Notes: a model not told the origin generated them from the letters alone. A DNA stretch of 64,000 nt from Stylophora pistillata (GCF_002571385.2 NW_019217854.1:243134-307133), one strand, 5' to 3'. Counted from the first letter of the stretch, positions 46,283 through 60,200 are shown. Made by a program: numbers and translations.

Positions 46283-48129
46283 AGTCTACCGCTGCTAATT
46301 CGACCTCTTGCTGCCCCTTGTTTAACCAGTAAACAGGCTCTTGCGTTTAGCTTCACCTTACGGCAACTTTACCAGGCACAGCCACCAATTACACCATTGG
46401 TAAAAGGTACAGAAACCCGTCTTCTACAGGCCGAAATACCATATAATTTAGTCCGTTTCGTCTTCAACGGAGTAGTAATATGAAAGTATTTTTCAAGCGT
46501 ACTCCCTCTCTTCCAGAGTATTAAACCAAAATAGGCGTTTTCTACATGGCCCGAAGGACGGCAACAGTTTGGTACCCCCGCTTTTATAATCTTTTTTTTT
46601 TTTTTTGTTTTTGAAATGGTGTCTTCCTCTGGGCCAGGAAGAAACCATATTTAATTATCACTTATCTAAGTTGATATTATTGTATCTTGTATCATGTAAC
46701 TTAATCCAGAGTATCTGTTTGTTATCTCTACTTCTAACGAAGACATTTACGATCGCGTAAAAGTCTAATAAAGCTGTTTTCCTTTTAACGCTGAAGATTC
46801 CGCACTTATGATCGCTGGCCAATGTATAGAAATACCTTTTCGGGTGACTTAGGCATTTACCGACCCCTCGTATAAGTGATTATTCTAAAGTTCTTTCAAG
46901 ACAACAAAAGCAGTGTTTCCTTGCTCGGAACTGGTCAGCTCAGACGACCACCACAAACAGTACAATAGTAATCCAAACTTTAATAATTATTCGATCTAAA
47001 AGAACTACATTTGTAATTCAAAATTAGAAAAACGCAAATAAAGTCTTAATTTCGTAATAAATTTCGAAAAACGTGATTGGAAACTTACTTCTGTGGCGGG
47101 TGGTAGAAACAGGTTTCTCTCTTCAGGTTAGCAGATACAGGTAAGCGAACAGATTATAAAAACCGACTTCTCTCTCGTATCGATTCTTCTTGTTTGATAA
47201 GCCAACACTTTTAAATCACTGTACGGAATTAATGTCAATCACGAGTCTTGTAAATATCTCTGTCAGCGAAAAGCAACGCCTATTTTCTAAATGAAACAAG
47301 CAGTTTGGCTTAGAGAGACGCCCAATATCTGGAATATCTACCCCCAAAAGGTCCTTTTGGGCTCCAGATACTACTCAGAACAGTTCGATTTTGACCCAAA
47401 GCTAATGAACCAAGACTAACTCAGTATAATCATGTCAGCCAAAGTAGAAAATAAATTTACATTTTGCCATATACAAACATTCATATGTTTACCTTTTTTG
47501 GGCTTTAGAAGGCTATAAGTATTAAAACTGTTTATCTATTCATTACCCACTTTTTCTTTATATTACAATTAGATTCGTTTGAGTAGAACAGATACTGAAG
47601 GTGAGTTCATGAGAATTTCTATCCGAGGTAAAGATAGCGCCGGCCGGTTTTATATATGACTTTGATTCAAATTCGCCCAGCGACGCCGAAAAAAATTAAG
47701 GTAAATACGAGGACTGATAAGAAATTATTTGTGATGTGAAGCCTAGCATGCAACAAAGGGACATAACCAGATAGAACGGAAGCAAAAACTTGACAGAAAA
47801 GCATCTTACACCAAGCATTTCCTGCAATTCATTTATCATCGACGCCGATTATTTACATCGGATTCAGTAAAGAAACCATACTTAACCATGGCTTTTACCT
47901 CCTTATTCAATAAAAAAGACCCTTTAAATTGCTGTTGGCTGGCAATAATAACTTACCAAACAGGAACAAAGACTTCAGATAAATATAGAAAACGAATTAA
48001 AAGCTTTAACTTAATTTCTTACTTGAAATATTTCGTTCAAACTCTTTTCGTTGCTTTATCACGAACACTAGTATCTGTTCTAGGTAACGCTGTACAATTT
48101 TTACCGTAGGATTAATTTTCGCACAGTTT

Positions 48130-48864
48130 TTAATTAAGTACCGTGTTTTGTGAGACGAGAGCACAATCTTCTCTGTATAGAAAATCCTTCAGCATGTCCT
48201 CTCGAACAGACCAATAAGACGGACAATTTTTACCGTATTTCGCTATTTGCAAATGTCCACCAGAACACGACAAACACAGAACATGAAATTTCTGCAAGAT
48301 ATTACTACATTCTAAATAATAGGTAAACATGAATTCATTAGTTTCCGCTTCCCTCACTTCAAAGTAACGTAGTCTTGAAAGTCGATCATCATGGTCATAA
48401 AATCGCTCTGGCGTAAAGTACTGCCCAGCAAGAATGACAGCATTTTTCGTTTCAATTCTCTCCCGCGGAAAAGACTTAATATTAAGATGCTCAAATACTT
48501 CGTTTCCCCACGTAGTCCTTAACCGCAGAATCAATTTTACGATTTCATCAGCTGTACAGTAGTCTCCACTTTCGGCAAGATCGCTCATGCATCGACAAGC
48601 GTCCACGAGTAACTCGTTCACTGACTCCGAAAACTCGACACTCCAACACATGTCGTGTTTACTCGTCCAGCAAAGCGCTTTCTCCAATTTTGAGGTTAAA
48701 TCTCGAAGCGTGTTGTCCTCGAGGCAAACATTTGTAAGTTGTGTGGTTTGAAAATTGGCTTCCCGATTTTTTCGTGCTCCTCTGCCATATCTCGAATTGT
48801 CGTCCTGAAATCGCGCCGATGATGAGTTTGCATCACGTTTAGAGCGAGAAGGACAACTACCCAT
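48130..48864 (-). CDS. Uncharacterised intronless protein, paralog B (244 aa, starts MGSCPS)
   Basis: FPRE, GQYFTP, YYLE, GHLQI..YGKNCPSYWSVRED. Confidence 0.82.
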   Translation of the reverse strand: MGSCPSRSKRDANSSSARFQDDNSRYGRGARKNREANFQTTQLTNVCLEDNTLRDLTSKLEKALCWTSKHDMCWSVEFSESVNELLVDACRCMSDLAESGDYCTADEIVKLILRLRTTWGNEVFEHLNIKSFPRERIETKNAVILAGQYFTPERFYDHDDRLSRLRYFEVREAETNEFMFTYYLECSNILQKFHVLCLSCSGGHLQIAKYGKNCPSYWSVREDMLKDFLYREDCALVSQNTVLN

Positions 48865-51800
48865 TATGGAAGCTAAAAGTTTGTCTTTTTGTTGTCAAGT
48901 GCGATGAAAATCCAACGAACGTTACAATAGCACTAGCTGCCAACGAGGAAGACACTGCATGGCAAATCAAATATCTTATCGATCTCTTTATTATTATCAT
49001 TCAAAAATCCAATTCATATCTTCAAATTAAAGATTCAGATTTATTATTCATAGTTAACAAAAAACTGAGATAATCCTTTTGAAGTCGAGATGATATAAAT
49101 CATCTTAAGTCCTTCAAAATTTCACACCGTGAAACTATAAATTTGTAAATTTAAGTTAATTGGAGCCGCCCCCAAAGCGTCCTGAAAAAAGCAGCCCTTA
49201 TTGAACCGCTTCATTGCTATGGAAACTTTAGACTTAAGAAAAACATTTCTGCTGGAGGCAAATGAAATGCGAATAGATCTGCTTGCAAGTTTAATGTAGT
49301 GATCACAAAATACTTTTCCTGCTATATAACCTGTAAAAGTCATTTAAAAGTTAAGCATTTCAAGGTAACAAAAATATTGTTTACTTGTGTTGTCAGTCGT
49401 TAAGAATCACCCTCACTCGGTTACCAAATAAGTTAAGTCTACATCTTCTTAAAAAAAGCTTTCACGAAGGCCAGTTTTTAGTATTGATTCCTATTTTCGA
49501 ATAATTTCGTATTTTTGTCCACATGCAGTGTAGCCGGATTAAATTGCAAATGTGCCGATGTACTAATCAAACAATTTTATAGCATCATTCAGAATTATGT
49601 GTTTTCTGAACAATTTCCCAATAGTTGACAATTCCAAAAACCTTCCTGAATTAAAAAAACTATTCAATACCTCACTTAGTTGATTAGATGTTGATGTTAT
49701 CGCCTCAATTAGACAAACGGAGTGCTGCGCTAATTTTTAAGATAACAATTATTGTGAGGTAGACTTCGTTCGCTCAACAAAAAGTCACTATGTGATTCTC
49801 GAAGACTAGCTATGAAAAAATCCTGAAGTAGCTCATCTGACCGCATCATTAATTTGATATCCGCATCGTATCTTTTCCGGCTTAAGGTGTATTGATTTAA
49901 TTCAATGTTATTTTTATTATTAGCACCTTGATGATTTTGATGCGTTAAAGCGAAAAAGTAGACAACACTTCAAATAAACTGTGTTTACCCCGTTTGGTAG
50001 AAAATGTCTATTATACATGACCTTAATTCTTATAACCATATTCTAAATGAAAACTTTAAACCGAAAACTAATATAATTATATTAGCGGTAGAAGTAATTA
50101 ATAAATCGATTCTCGTAATTTTTCAGTCTGCCGAATTGTATATAGGACATATTTATCCCTTTCTTGGTAATGATTTATCATCGATCCCAAAACTTCAGTT
50201 TTGAATTTGGTTCAAAGAGCCAGAATGAAACTCGAAATGATATCGTGCAATGCAGATGCTATTCGTGTAAATATTTATGATGAAGGTTCATCAAATTCAT
50301 AATTCGTTACAGTAGCTAGGTTTGGTGGAAGACGAGTAAAAATTGAAAACAAAAAAAATGCACTGAGCTCGATCAGAAAAATCATTTGACCAAGAGTCTA
50401 AATGTCTACTAAAGAAGTGATTTTCCCAAGAGGCCTGCAATTTAAGCAATTGCAAAAAAAGACTAAAAAAAATTAAAAAATAGACTTTGACAGGATTCGA
50501 GCCCTTGTGCCTCCCTTTCTAGATACTAGTAAACCCCTATGACTTATCATAGATTGTGCTGGCATAAGCTTTGGCATAATTTGGAAAAACGAGCATGAAT
50601 TCTGCTCTGGTTATAAAAGTAGCATTGCTAGCAAAATCAGCATATTTCTAATTTTTTGGAAGGGAACATTACCATAGTTGTTACTCGTTTGATCTCTAAA
50701 GATTAATTTTCTCAAGTTCGGTCCATGTAGTCCAGGTTACTCGGGCTTCTTGTGGAATGCCCGAGTTATAAATTGGGCTTCGTTATTTTCCGTCTTGAGA
50801 CGCAAAACGCAGTTTAGCAAGTGAAGCGCATGCGCTGAGTATGCTTTTTCAGTTGCAAAGTAAGCATTCAATCACGAAGTATATACCCAGGTAAGCTTCA
50901 AAGCACATGGATTTCATGGCGGCCAGAAAAATGCCTCATGATTCAAGGGTAAAAATGTCTTCTCATACGCTCAAACTACATACAAAAGCACACACTAATC
51001 GTGGTGGACTCACACTAAAAGATGTCGAACGTTTTCGAACTGACGGGTCGGTCCACGAACCAGTTACGAGAGATCAACATACGAGCGAATATTTTTGAGT
51101 GAACCTTCTATCGAGAACTATGCTATATCAAATGAACTAGCTACTGAACTATCTAATGTAAGCTTTTCTCGCTCTTTGTCTCTCCAGCATTACTGTTTTT
51201 TTTTTTTTAATTATCATTTTCGGTGCCACGGATGTGCGCGAGGTTCCATCCGAACTTACCCCCTTCCCCCTGCAGTTTACGAATGGTCTAAAGCACTAAA
51301 TTTTTGGACTTGATAAGTTCTAGTTCACATTAGTATATACCAAAACAGTGGATAGCGTTGAAGGCGCGCTCTGATTGGTTAGTCAAACTCCGAATATCCT
51401 TTGCTATTAACCTCCGAGCAACTCGGAAAAAAATGGCGTCCCGGTTTGCATCTGTGACAAGCGAAGAAATCACTCCAATTAATTTTTGGTGGTGTATATT
51501 ATCTCACTGTTTTAGTATATACTAAAACAACCGTGACTATTCACCTCAGTGTCGGTGATTAGCGAAACCTGTGAGGGTTGAAATCAAATGATCAAAACAT
51601 TCGCTTCATAATTTTTTTAGCTAGTTTCGTGACACAAACAAATTTTATATTACTCTGGTGCAAAATGAACGAAATCGATATAGCTTAAAAAACAAGACGT
51701 TTTTAAAAGACATTATTCACACCGAGTTGACGTCAAAGTTGCCATGGTGTGTAAAGATTGCGTTTCTTTCCCCCCCCAAAAGATCTGAACCGTCATTTTC

Positions 51801-52270
51801 GAAACTTTTCTCACAGAATTAAGAATTTTTATGTATGTATGCATCTTCAGGACTTTTCGCATTGTTCTTGTGATCCACTCTGCAAATAAAGTTTTCGTAA
51901 CTCCTAGATAAAGTTCTTAAAGCTTTACTGTGAGTTATGTCGTGTAAATAACTACAGTATACTGCATTACGGTACTAACTCTTATTGCAAGTGTTGCACT
52001 CATTTGCAGTTTATATTTACACCAACGATTTAACTGTGCCAATAGAAAATGAAAGCTCAAGGGACTTTTGAGCCATTGTATTTTCGTTTTGGTTGTTAAG
52101 ACGCATATTTGCATTTCCTTTCCTTAATTCATTTTACGCAACGAGTCGTATCAAGCTTCCTTGTGTATGCCATAACGCAATACGACGTGACGCTGGAAAT
52201 TGGCGTATGAATTTCGATCGGGTGTGTTCTACTTACGAAAACTGAAAACCTTGTGTTTATTAATGAAGAG

Positions 52271-53077
52271 ATGGGTTGCTTTCCCACCAAAGAATGCTAC
52301 CAGTGGTCCGCAGATAACGATCTAGATCTGGACATAACTCCGTTGCTAAACGAAAGTTCGAAATCAGAGGGCTATGTACAGGATCATCAGGAAATGTCAA
52401 CAGATCGTGACCGGGAAATTGATGACATTGATCCAAAATTGGAAACCCTTTTACTAAAACTTGAACATGCTCAAGGTTTGAGAGAGAACATTCGCCGATG
52501 TACATCCAACACAGAACTTGAAAACTACCGATTAAAGGTCATCGGTGTTTTAAATGCCGCTACAATTGAAATGAGTCGCATGTCGATGGCTCATAAACAA
52601 ATTGACGCGGAAAGAGTTGTAAAGGAAATTATGCGACTGAGAAGTGTTCTTGGAGACAGATTTTTCGAAGATGCAAGAATCAACGCTTTTGGAAGAGAGA
52701 TCTCTCAGATAGGACCTTTCCTTCTGACGGGAGGGCAATATTTTAAGCCCGTGATGGTAAACGAAGACGATGACACAATTGTTAAACTTTTTTTCTTTGT
52801 CATTTCGCACGCGGAAACGACGCAAGTGTTATTTCGCTATTATCTCGAGCATGCAAGTTTTCTGGATGAATACTTTGCTCTGGGTCTTGTTACTTCCGAA
52901 GGACATACTCAAGTGGAAATCTATGGCAGCTCATGTCCACCGTATTGGAAAATTCGACAAGATGTTATAAACGATGCGACAAAAAGACTCCAGTCTCGTT
53001 TTGAGGATTCAAACCAGAACGAATTGGAGATGGAAAGCTCTGGCGAGTATGATAATCTCTCCAACTCGTTATTTTAA
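52271..53077 (+). CDS. Uncharacterised intronless protein, paralog C (268 aa, starts MGCFPT)
   Basis: FGRE, GQYFKP, YYLE, GHTQV..YGSSCPPYWKIRQD. First ATG at 52271. Confidence 0.82.
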   Translation: MGCFPTKECYQWSADNDLDLDITPLLNESSKSEGYVQDHQEMSTDRDREIDDIDPKLETLLLKLEHAQGLRENIRRCTSNTELENYRLKVIGVLNAATIEMSRMSMAHKQIDAERVVKEIMRLRSVLGDRFFEDARINAFGREISQIGPFLLTGGQYFKPVMVNEDDDTIVKLFFFVISHAETTQVLFRYYLEHASFLDEYFALGLVTSEGHTQVEIYGSSCPPYWKIRQDVINDATKRLQSRFEDSNQNELEMESSGEYDNLSNSLF

Positions 53078-54239
53078 ATGCCATGGGTATTGGATTATTG
53101 CGCTTCAAATGTCCATTTTACTCCTTCATCAGTGATTTTTATCCTCAGATGGGGGCAAATCTATGAGACATCTATTTTTCAAACTGACAAACTTTCCAAA
53201 AGTTTCCGCAGATATCAGTACATTGCACCAGTCTATAGAATAAATGTTTTGACTTTCTCTAATATACTACAAATATTCTCTTCATAGAAGAGCAAGTTCA
53301 TCCGTAAATTATGAAAAGGTTCGATGTGGGTCATTTATGATATTTTTCAAATTTTTAGAAAGAATATATTAAAAGTATCATTATTTTTATAAAAAATTAA
53401 AAATAATCTTTATGGAAACTGTCGATACTTTAATGACTTTAATTGAATTACGCTTCTGACCGCGATAATACCTGTGGTCTGTTGGTTCATTTCAATTTCA
53501 GATACATTTCCGCCCCATCAGATTAAAATTGTCTTAGCATTGCCCGTTAGGAGATATTTATTGTTTCATTTATCACGAGGTCTAATGTTAAACAACTCTT
53601 GAGTAAAAATGATATCAAGATGCCAGTAGCTGCAGATTGGATCCATGAAGAAAGTTTCGTTAATTTTGAGTAACACCCCAGAGTTTTGCTGCCAAAATTT
53701 ATGTGGTACTCCCCCCCCACCCAAAAAAATGTATTGTTTTCCATTCGCCCGACCACCCCTTCCACACCGAAAAAGGAAGCAAGCATAACCGAATACAAAG
53801 ATGTTTGATTAGAAATAACCACAATTCACTTCGAGATAAAAAAAAGAAAGTTGAAGAAATAATTATATATTCACCCACTATGTCATTTAAACAAATTATT
53901 CAACTTACTAGTAAATGCCTGCTTTCAATATATTTTATCCTGAAAAATACGTAAATACCGAACAGGATCTTTATCGGGGTAAAGTAGAGGTCTTTTGTGA
54001 AGGAACTCAAATAAAATAACGGAATAATGGAAACTGATGTGCGACCATCCGCTGAGAACCTTTCAATTTTTTTTTTTATAGAATAGAATAGACAGAGTGG
54101 AGAAAAGGACACAATAAAAAAAAAAAAAAAAAAAGAAAAAAAATTGAAAAAAATCGAGTGGAAATGAAAAAAAGTGAACCCAGTGCACATCTCTCCCCTA
54201 AGTCGAGGCAATCTCCACGTGACCGCCCTAAAAATCAAG

Positions 54240-57200
54240 ATGGCGGATGATCGTGAACCTCCTGCGCTTTTCGACGATGAAGCTGAAACACCAGAGACCA
54301 ACCCGGACGAACAAGTTAACGGTAATCCCCTAATCGGAGAGACCACAGAAATTTCTCTGAATGACGAGGAAGCCAAGGCAGATACTACTCCTGAAGAGAA
54401 TGACAAGGGTTCCTCCGATCTTGCTGCAGACGGGAACGAGGAAAAGTCCGAAATTTCTGCGGCGGCCTCCGTGGATGTCACCAACCTCTCTAAACCGAGC
54501 GAAGATGACAGCGAACCAGCTCCTAAAGAAAAACCTGAGGTTGTAGATACCGTAGATCGTATATTATTGGGTTATTTTTAAGTCTAATTTCATGATGATT
54601 TCTCTCGTCCTCCCATTTTGAATTGTCTAAATTGCAGATCAGCCAGGCCTCACTCATTTTCGGTAAATTGGTCGATTAACGAATTATATTGTCTTAAAGC
54701 ATAGGACTGAATTTATAACAAAAGTGTATTGTTGTAATATTTTATTACAAATGTACAAATATTTGTCTAAAAGTTGTTATAGCGTCGATAGGTTTACGCT
54801 TTAATAATAAATGTTTATTCCATCTGAAAGGGGAAAACATTTTCGATTTTTCCTCCAAGTGATTCTGATTTTCCTTGCAGGAAAAGGAAATTGAAGAAGA
54901 AGAGGAAGATGATACCTTTGACATGAATATTAAAGTGACAGATCCTGAAAAGATTGGTGTGTTTTCTAAACATTTCTTTTATTTGGAGTATATTGTCAGC
55001 ACCGTGCTGGTTTGATTTGTAAAATATGTTCTATATTTTGTTACCAAGAATTTTGAATTGTAGTTCTTCAATCGCCTCTAGGGACTGGGTGCATTTTGTG
55101 TTAATCCCATGGAAATGTAACACCAAATTCTGTAGACATCCTGTCATAAAAGGTTTGAAAAATCACAGCACACTATACTGAAAACTCAACCAGAGTCAAC
55201 AGGTTGTATTTTAAATCATTTAACTCTCTGGCAAAGGGCTAACACTTGAAACATCAGCTTTTTAACTCTTTACAGTGGCCAATTTACAATTTCAATACAG
55301 TTGATATAACCAAATTACCTTGTTACCCCCACCGACGCAACACCACAGTTTCTTTAGAATCTTACCCCCTTTATGTATTTTAACATCATCTTTTGAGGAG
55401 AGGGGTTAGGATCTGTCATTCAAGACATAAAGGTTTTTTAACGTTTTAACTTGCAAGATCTCATTAGTAACTTTCCAGACTGTCCACCACTCAATTTACA
55501 TCAACTAATAATCCCCTTATTGATATATTTCTTTATTCTCATCACTTGTCTGCGTGATATTGTGATGACATTGCAAGGGGAAATTTTGTCATAGTCACTT
55601 CTAATCATTGTGAAATTCTACTTATCGAAGCCAAGAAAGTATTACTTAATGCCATATTAACAATGTAAGTGAAGAACTCCAACTAACTTCACATTTTGTG
55701 ATCAACCGATGAGGTCATAGACGAAACTAGTTTTGAAGTTTTCGCAGTAGTGTGTTGAAAGTAGAAGTTAGTTGGAGTTTTTCACTTATATTGTTAATAT
55801 GGCACTTCCAATCACACCTTTATTTAATGTTACTTTTGCAGGTGATGGCATGGGCTCTTACATGGTTTTTAAAGTGACAACAGTGGTAAGTTAAAACATG
55901 ATCTTTTTGCAAGCCTTAGATCAAGCTTGACTTCCACTGTCAAAGTGGTGTTTTCTCAATTATTATTTAGATCTGATCATTTTTTACTTTCAAAGATCTG
56001 GTGAGTGATTCTTATGTCTAGGTTGCTGGCTGAAATTTTGTGCAACCTTCAGTGCTTGAATGCCCTTATGCTTCACTTAAACACGTGTTGGAAGAGTTTG
56101 GTTTCTTTTTTAATTAACTTAACTGCAGTTGATTTAGACTGTAAGGATCCCCACCGGTTTTCTTAAGATATGCGTTTATCTCTCTTTTGAGTGTTAACAA
56201 ACATAAATTTTACCGCCTTTATAAAGAGACAATTTTTAAGACCGAAAATAGCTACAGAAAAAAATCCAACCCCAGATTTGATTTTTGATGAATGTGAAGG
56301 TGAAATTTAAACTTATGATCTTGTTTTGCCATAGACAAGCATGCCAACATTCAAGAATTCGGAGACATCTGTGAAGCGGCGATTTAGTGATTTCCTAGGA
56401 CTACATGATCGACTCAATAGCAAATTTCTTCATCTTGGAAAGATAGTGCCTCCAGCTCCTGAGAAGTCTGTGGTTGGTGAGTTATCACTTAAAAGTTTGT
56501 GAAAAAATTGCCTGCTGTCAATTCCTACACAAACTTTTTGGTTTATCAATGCTCATGATAAAATTGTCTTATGGAATAGATTAAGTACAAATGTAAGATG
56601 GATTTATTTATTTATTTATTTATTTTATTTTCAGGCATGACCAGGGTCAAGCTGGGAAAAGGAGAGGAAAGTACTCCAGTTGACTTTATTTCCAAGAGGA
56701 GAGCTGCTCTAGAGAGGTAAACTACTTTTGAGAAAAGCCCGTAATACAAATCTAAAATTCACAAGCCATCTTTGTTAAGGTGCTGCTGTTGATGCATGAG
56801 CCACATGTCTTCTATGTGTATTTATTCATTTTTAGACTTTTCTTTTGGTTGCTTTCTATTTTAGTGTCAATTTTCCTTTGAATAGTAATATTCATTCTTC
56901 AAACTACTTTACACCCTAACATCAGCTTGCATATTCTCAGATTCTCTTGGTAGGGTGTTGACCAGGATAATTTGTTTGAAAAGCAAGAGCTTCTTTAGTT
57001 ACAGATCATTTCCTTTATCCTTGTGGTCTTAATACGTGATCCAAGGGTCATATTGTAAGGAGAAGGTAGATGCCACTTTAAGGGTTCAAAGAGGTTTTAA
57101 TAAGGATATAACTCTGTAACTCTAGCCTGTACGTGACTAAATCTTTTGTTCTTTCACTTATTTTAACTATCCGTCGATGTTTCCCCTCCAGATATCTTAA

Positions 57201-60200
57201 CAGAGTTGCACGACATCCAACCTTGCGTGAAGATCCAGATTTCCGACAATTTTTAGAAGCTGATGGGGTATGTGTAATGCCTCTTCATGCATAATTTTTG
57301 AACCATGCACAATTTTTTTGTCTGAAAATATTAGAGCTTTGTCAATGAATATTCCATGAGCTTTGATGTGTTAATGACTTCATCTCAACTAAGCTTTTGT
57401 TAAGTGGCACTGATGAAAATTGGTTTCTCTTTGTTTAAAGTTACCCCGAGCCAAAGACACAGCAGCACTCAGTGGAGGTGGTCTGAAGCGATTTGTGAAG
57501 TCAGTTGGAGATACCATGTTTCAACTTACCACTAAGATGTCTGAATCAGACCAGGTGATGCTAATGAAAGTCATATTACACAATCATTTTTATAGGATAC
57601 AACAAGCCCTACACTCTCTTTCATTGATAACCATCTTAGAGTAGGCTGGATAAAGCTGGTAGGTCCCTAGGAATCGATGGTTTTTCTGTTTCAAGTTTTT
57701 CCCAGGCACTCCCCCTCAGTCAATGAGGGCATAATATTCAAGGTCACTGGCAGTATCTGGCTGTGTGTGCACTTGTCCTTGTACTCGTATTCACTCATTT
57801 CAAATTTAACCTTTGTCTGAGATGAAATGTTCCTTCTTTTCATAGTGGTTTGAGGAGAAGCAGCAACAGATTGAAACTCTTGACCAGCAATTAAAGAAAC
57901 TTCATCTGAGTATGGAAACACTAGCAATGCAGCGAAAAGGTTGGTGTCTAATGGTATAACTTGACATTATTATTTTTAGTAGTTAACAGTGTATTGGTAC
58001 ATGTAATTTTTATTGCACTGATTTGGGAGAAGACTGAATCTTACTTTGGGTATGGCCCTCAACTTTTCTGGAGTTCTGGTATAAGCTTCAGACAAATATG
58101 AAAAGAGGGCCTTGTTCATTGGGACAGTTAAGAAAGGATTCTCCTTTTTCTGCTCTACTTACATCCACAGAGCCTGAAATGCTTCAATTCATGTTAAAAT
58201 AATGATATTTTTCATCAACAGAATTGAGCTCTTGCACTGCAGGTTTTGCCAAGTCTACTGCTATGCTTAGTAAGTGAATATCGTTATGTGACAATGACAT
58301 TATGTGATTAGAGTTTGTTTTACTTTTTTTATGTGATGCAAGCTGTAGAAGATTAATACATTTCTTGGGGAAGTGGATGCTTTGAACAATGACTGATTAT
58401 AACTAAAGGTGGAAAATATTGATTCCAAAGATGCATACACTTATGTAGATAAAGCATTTTGGTGCTATTTTGGATTGTTCATTCTTTCAGAGTGCCATTA
58501 AACCAGGGCATATTTTATTTATATATATATGTAATTTTTAAATTACAAAGGGACCACAATTTTTCATTTTTGGAACTCTTACTGATGGCAGTGATAAACT
58601 GAAACCCTGAAATGTAGTAAGTGCAACTGCAAAGAAGAAGATAGTTTTACCCAACTAAATTTATCATAGATTTTTAGTCCACATTTGTGTGCTGTGATTA
58701 AATGACATTTTTATTTCTGAAACTTATGGTGAAAGTGGCTCTTGAACAGTTAGCTCGTTAGAAATTCTAAAGGACTGTGTTTTTTTAAAAGATGCATTCA
58801 GATAGAAATGCACAGAGCATGACTTTAAACCAATCATAATTTATGGTGTCACTGACTTGTTTTGTTTTCTACCTGAAGGTAACGCAGAGGAACATGCTAC
58901 ATTATCACGGGCACTTTCACAGCTAGCTGAAGTTGAAGAGAAGATTGAGCAGCTCCACGTACAACAGGTGGAGAATTTTGATTAAATTTATATAAAGTTC
59001 CATTGTTGTAATTACAGTGCTGTTAACTCATCACTGACTTGTAAAATGATAGATACCTCTAACTAACAGAGTTTGAGGTCTCTACTGTAAGTCAATAAAC
59101 CCACATGGATGGAATGCAAGTAAGTTAAACAATTCCACATGGATGGAATGCTAGTACATTCAGGGTTCTCCCATATTTTAACGACAGCTAAAAGAGATTT
59201 TCAAACTGGTGGAGCAATCCTTTTACCTGTTGAATTATTGAAAATTTAACAATTCAACAATCCCAAGCAATTTAATTCAGCAACTGTAAGAGGAACTACA
59301 AGCTGTAAATTTTACTGGTTATTGTCTGAAAAGAAGAACACTGAAACACTGACATCAGTGGAAACCTTGTGGCACTCCTTACTGGCCATTAATGCTGTGG
59401 GAAGAAAGTGGGTACAGTGGGAGTTAATTTTCTAGTTTATTAAGAACCTGGTGACCTTTGCAATGGCTTGAACATACTGTGCTAGATCTAGTCACTCTCG
59501 CTGTATTTAAGCATTAATGTAACATTTTTGAAAAAAATTCCTTCCTTTGTGATTGTGAAGAGTGTTACTGTTTCAGGCGGACAGTGATTTTTATGTTTTG
59601 GCTGAACTGCTGAAAGATTATATTGGTCTGATTCAAGCAGTCAAGGTTGGTAATAGTGATGAAAAATTTCTTCATTTTTTTATAACCCTTAAAATGCCTT
59701 TAGCTTTAAAAATGGTGTGTGTTGTGCTTCAAAAACAAAGGAAATGATTGTATGAAATAGGGATAAAGAAGACCTGAAAAGTATTCATAGAGATATGGAG
59801 CTTGTGTAGATCTTGTTTAAAAAAAAATGTAGAAAATGATGTGAGAAAAAAAATCAAGCCTCAGGGCTCGACACTAACTTTTCAACTTACTAGCCAAGTG
59901 GCTAGTGACATCTTAGATGTTTTTAGATGCTATGGCAGTTTCAGTCTGTTTACTAGCCAAACTGGCTAGTAGAAATTGAAAACCACTAGCCAAAACTGAA
60001 TTTCTACTAGTCTGTAGCTAGTGGGCTACTGTTAGTTTCGAGCCCTGAGCCTGACAATGCTCAAAGCAGGTTTCTGAATGGGTGCTATCAACTTAGCTGA
60101 AAGGCAACAAGTGTATTGTTTGTGGTCAGATTTCATTTCAGGAAACAGAGAGACTAGAGCCAAGCTCGTTACTTCATGGCTCTGTTGGTAGAAAATCCCA

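Noticed and set aside
53900-54484. 194-aa antisense ORF over SNX exon 1
   Set aside because: Shadow of the acidic coding exon plus a poly(T) tract.
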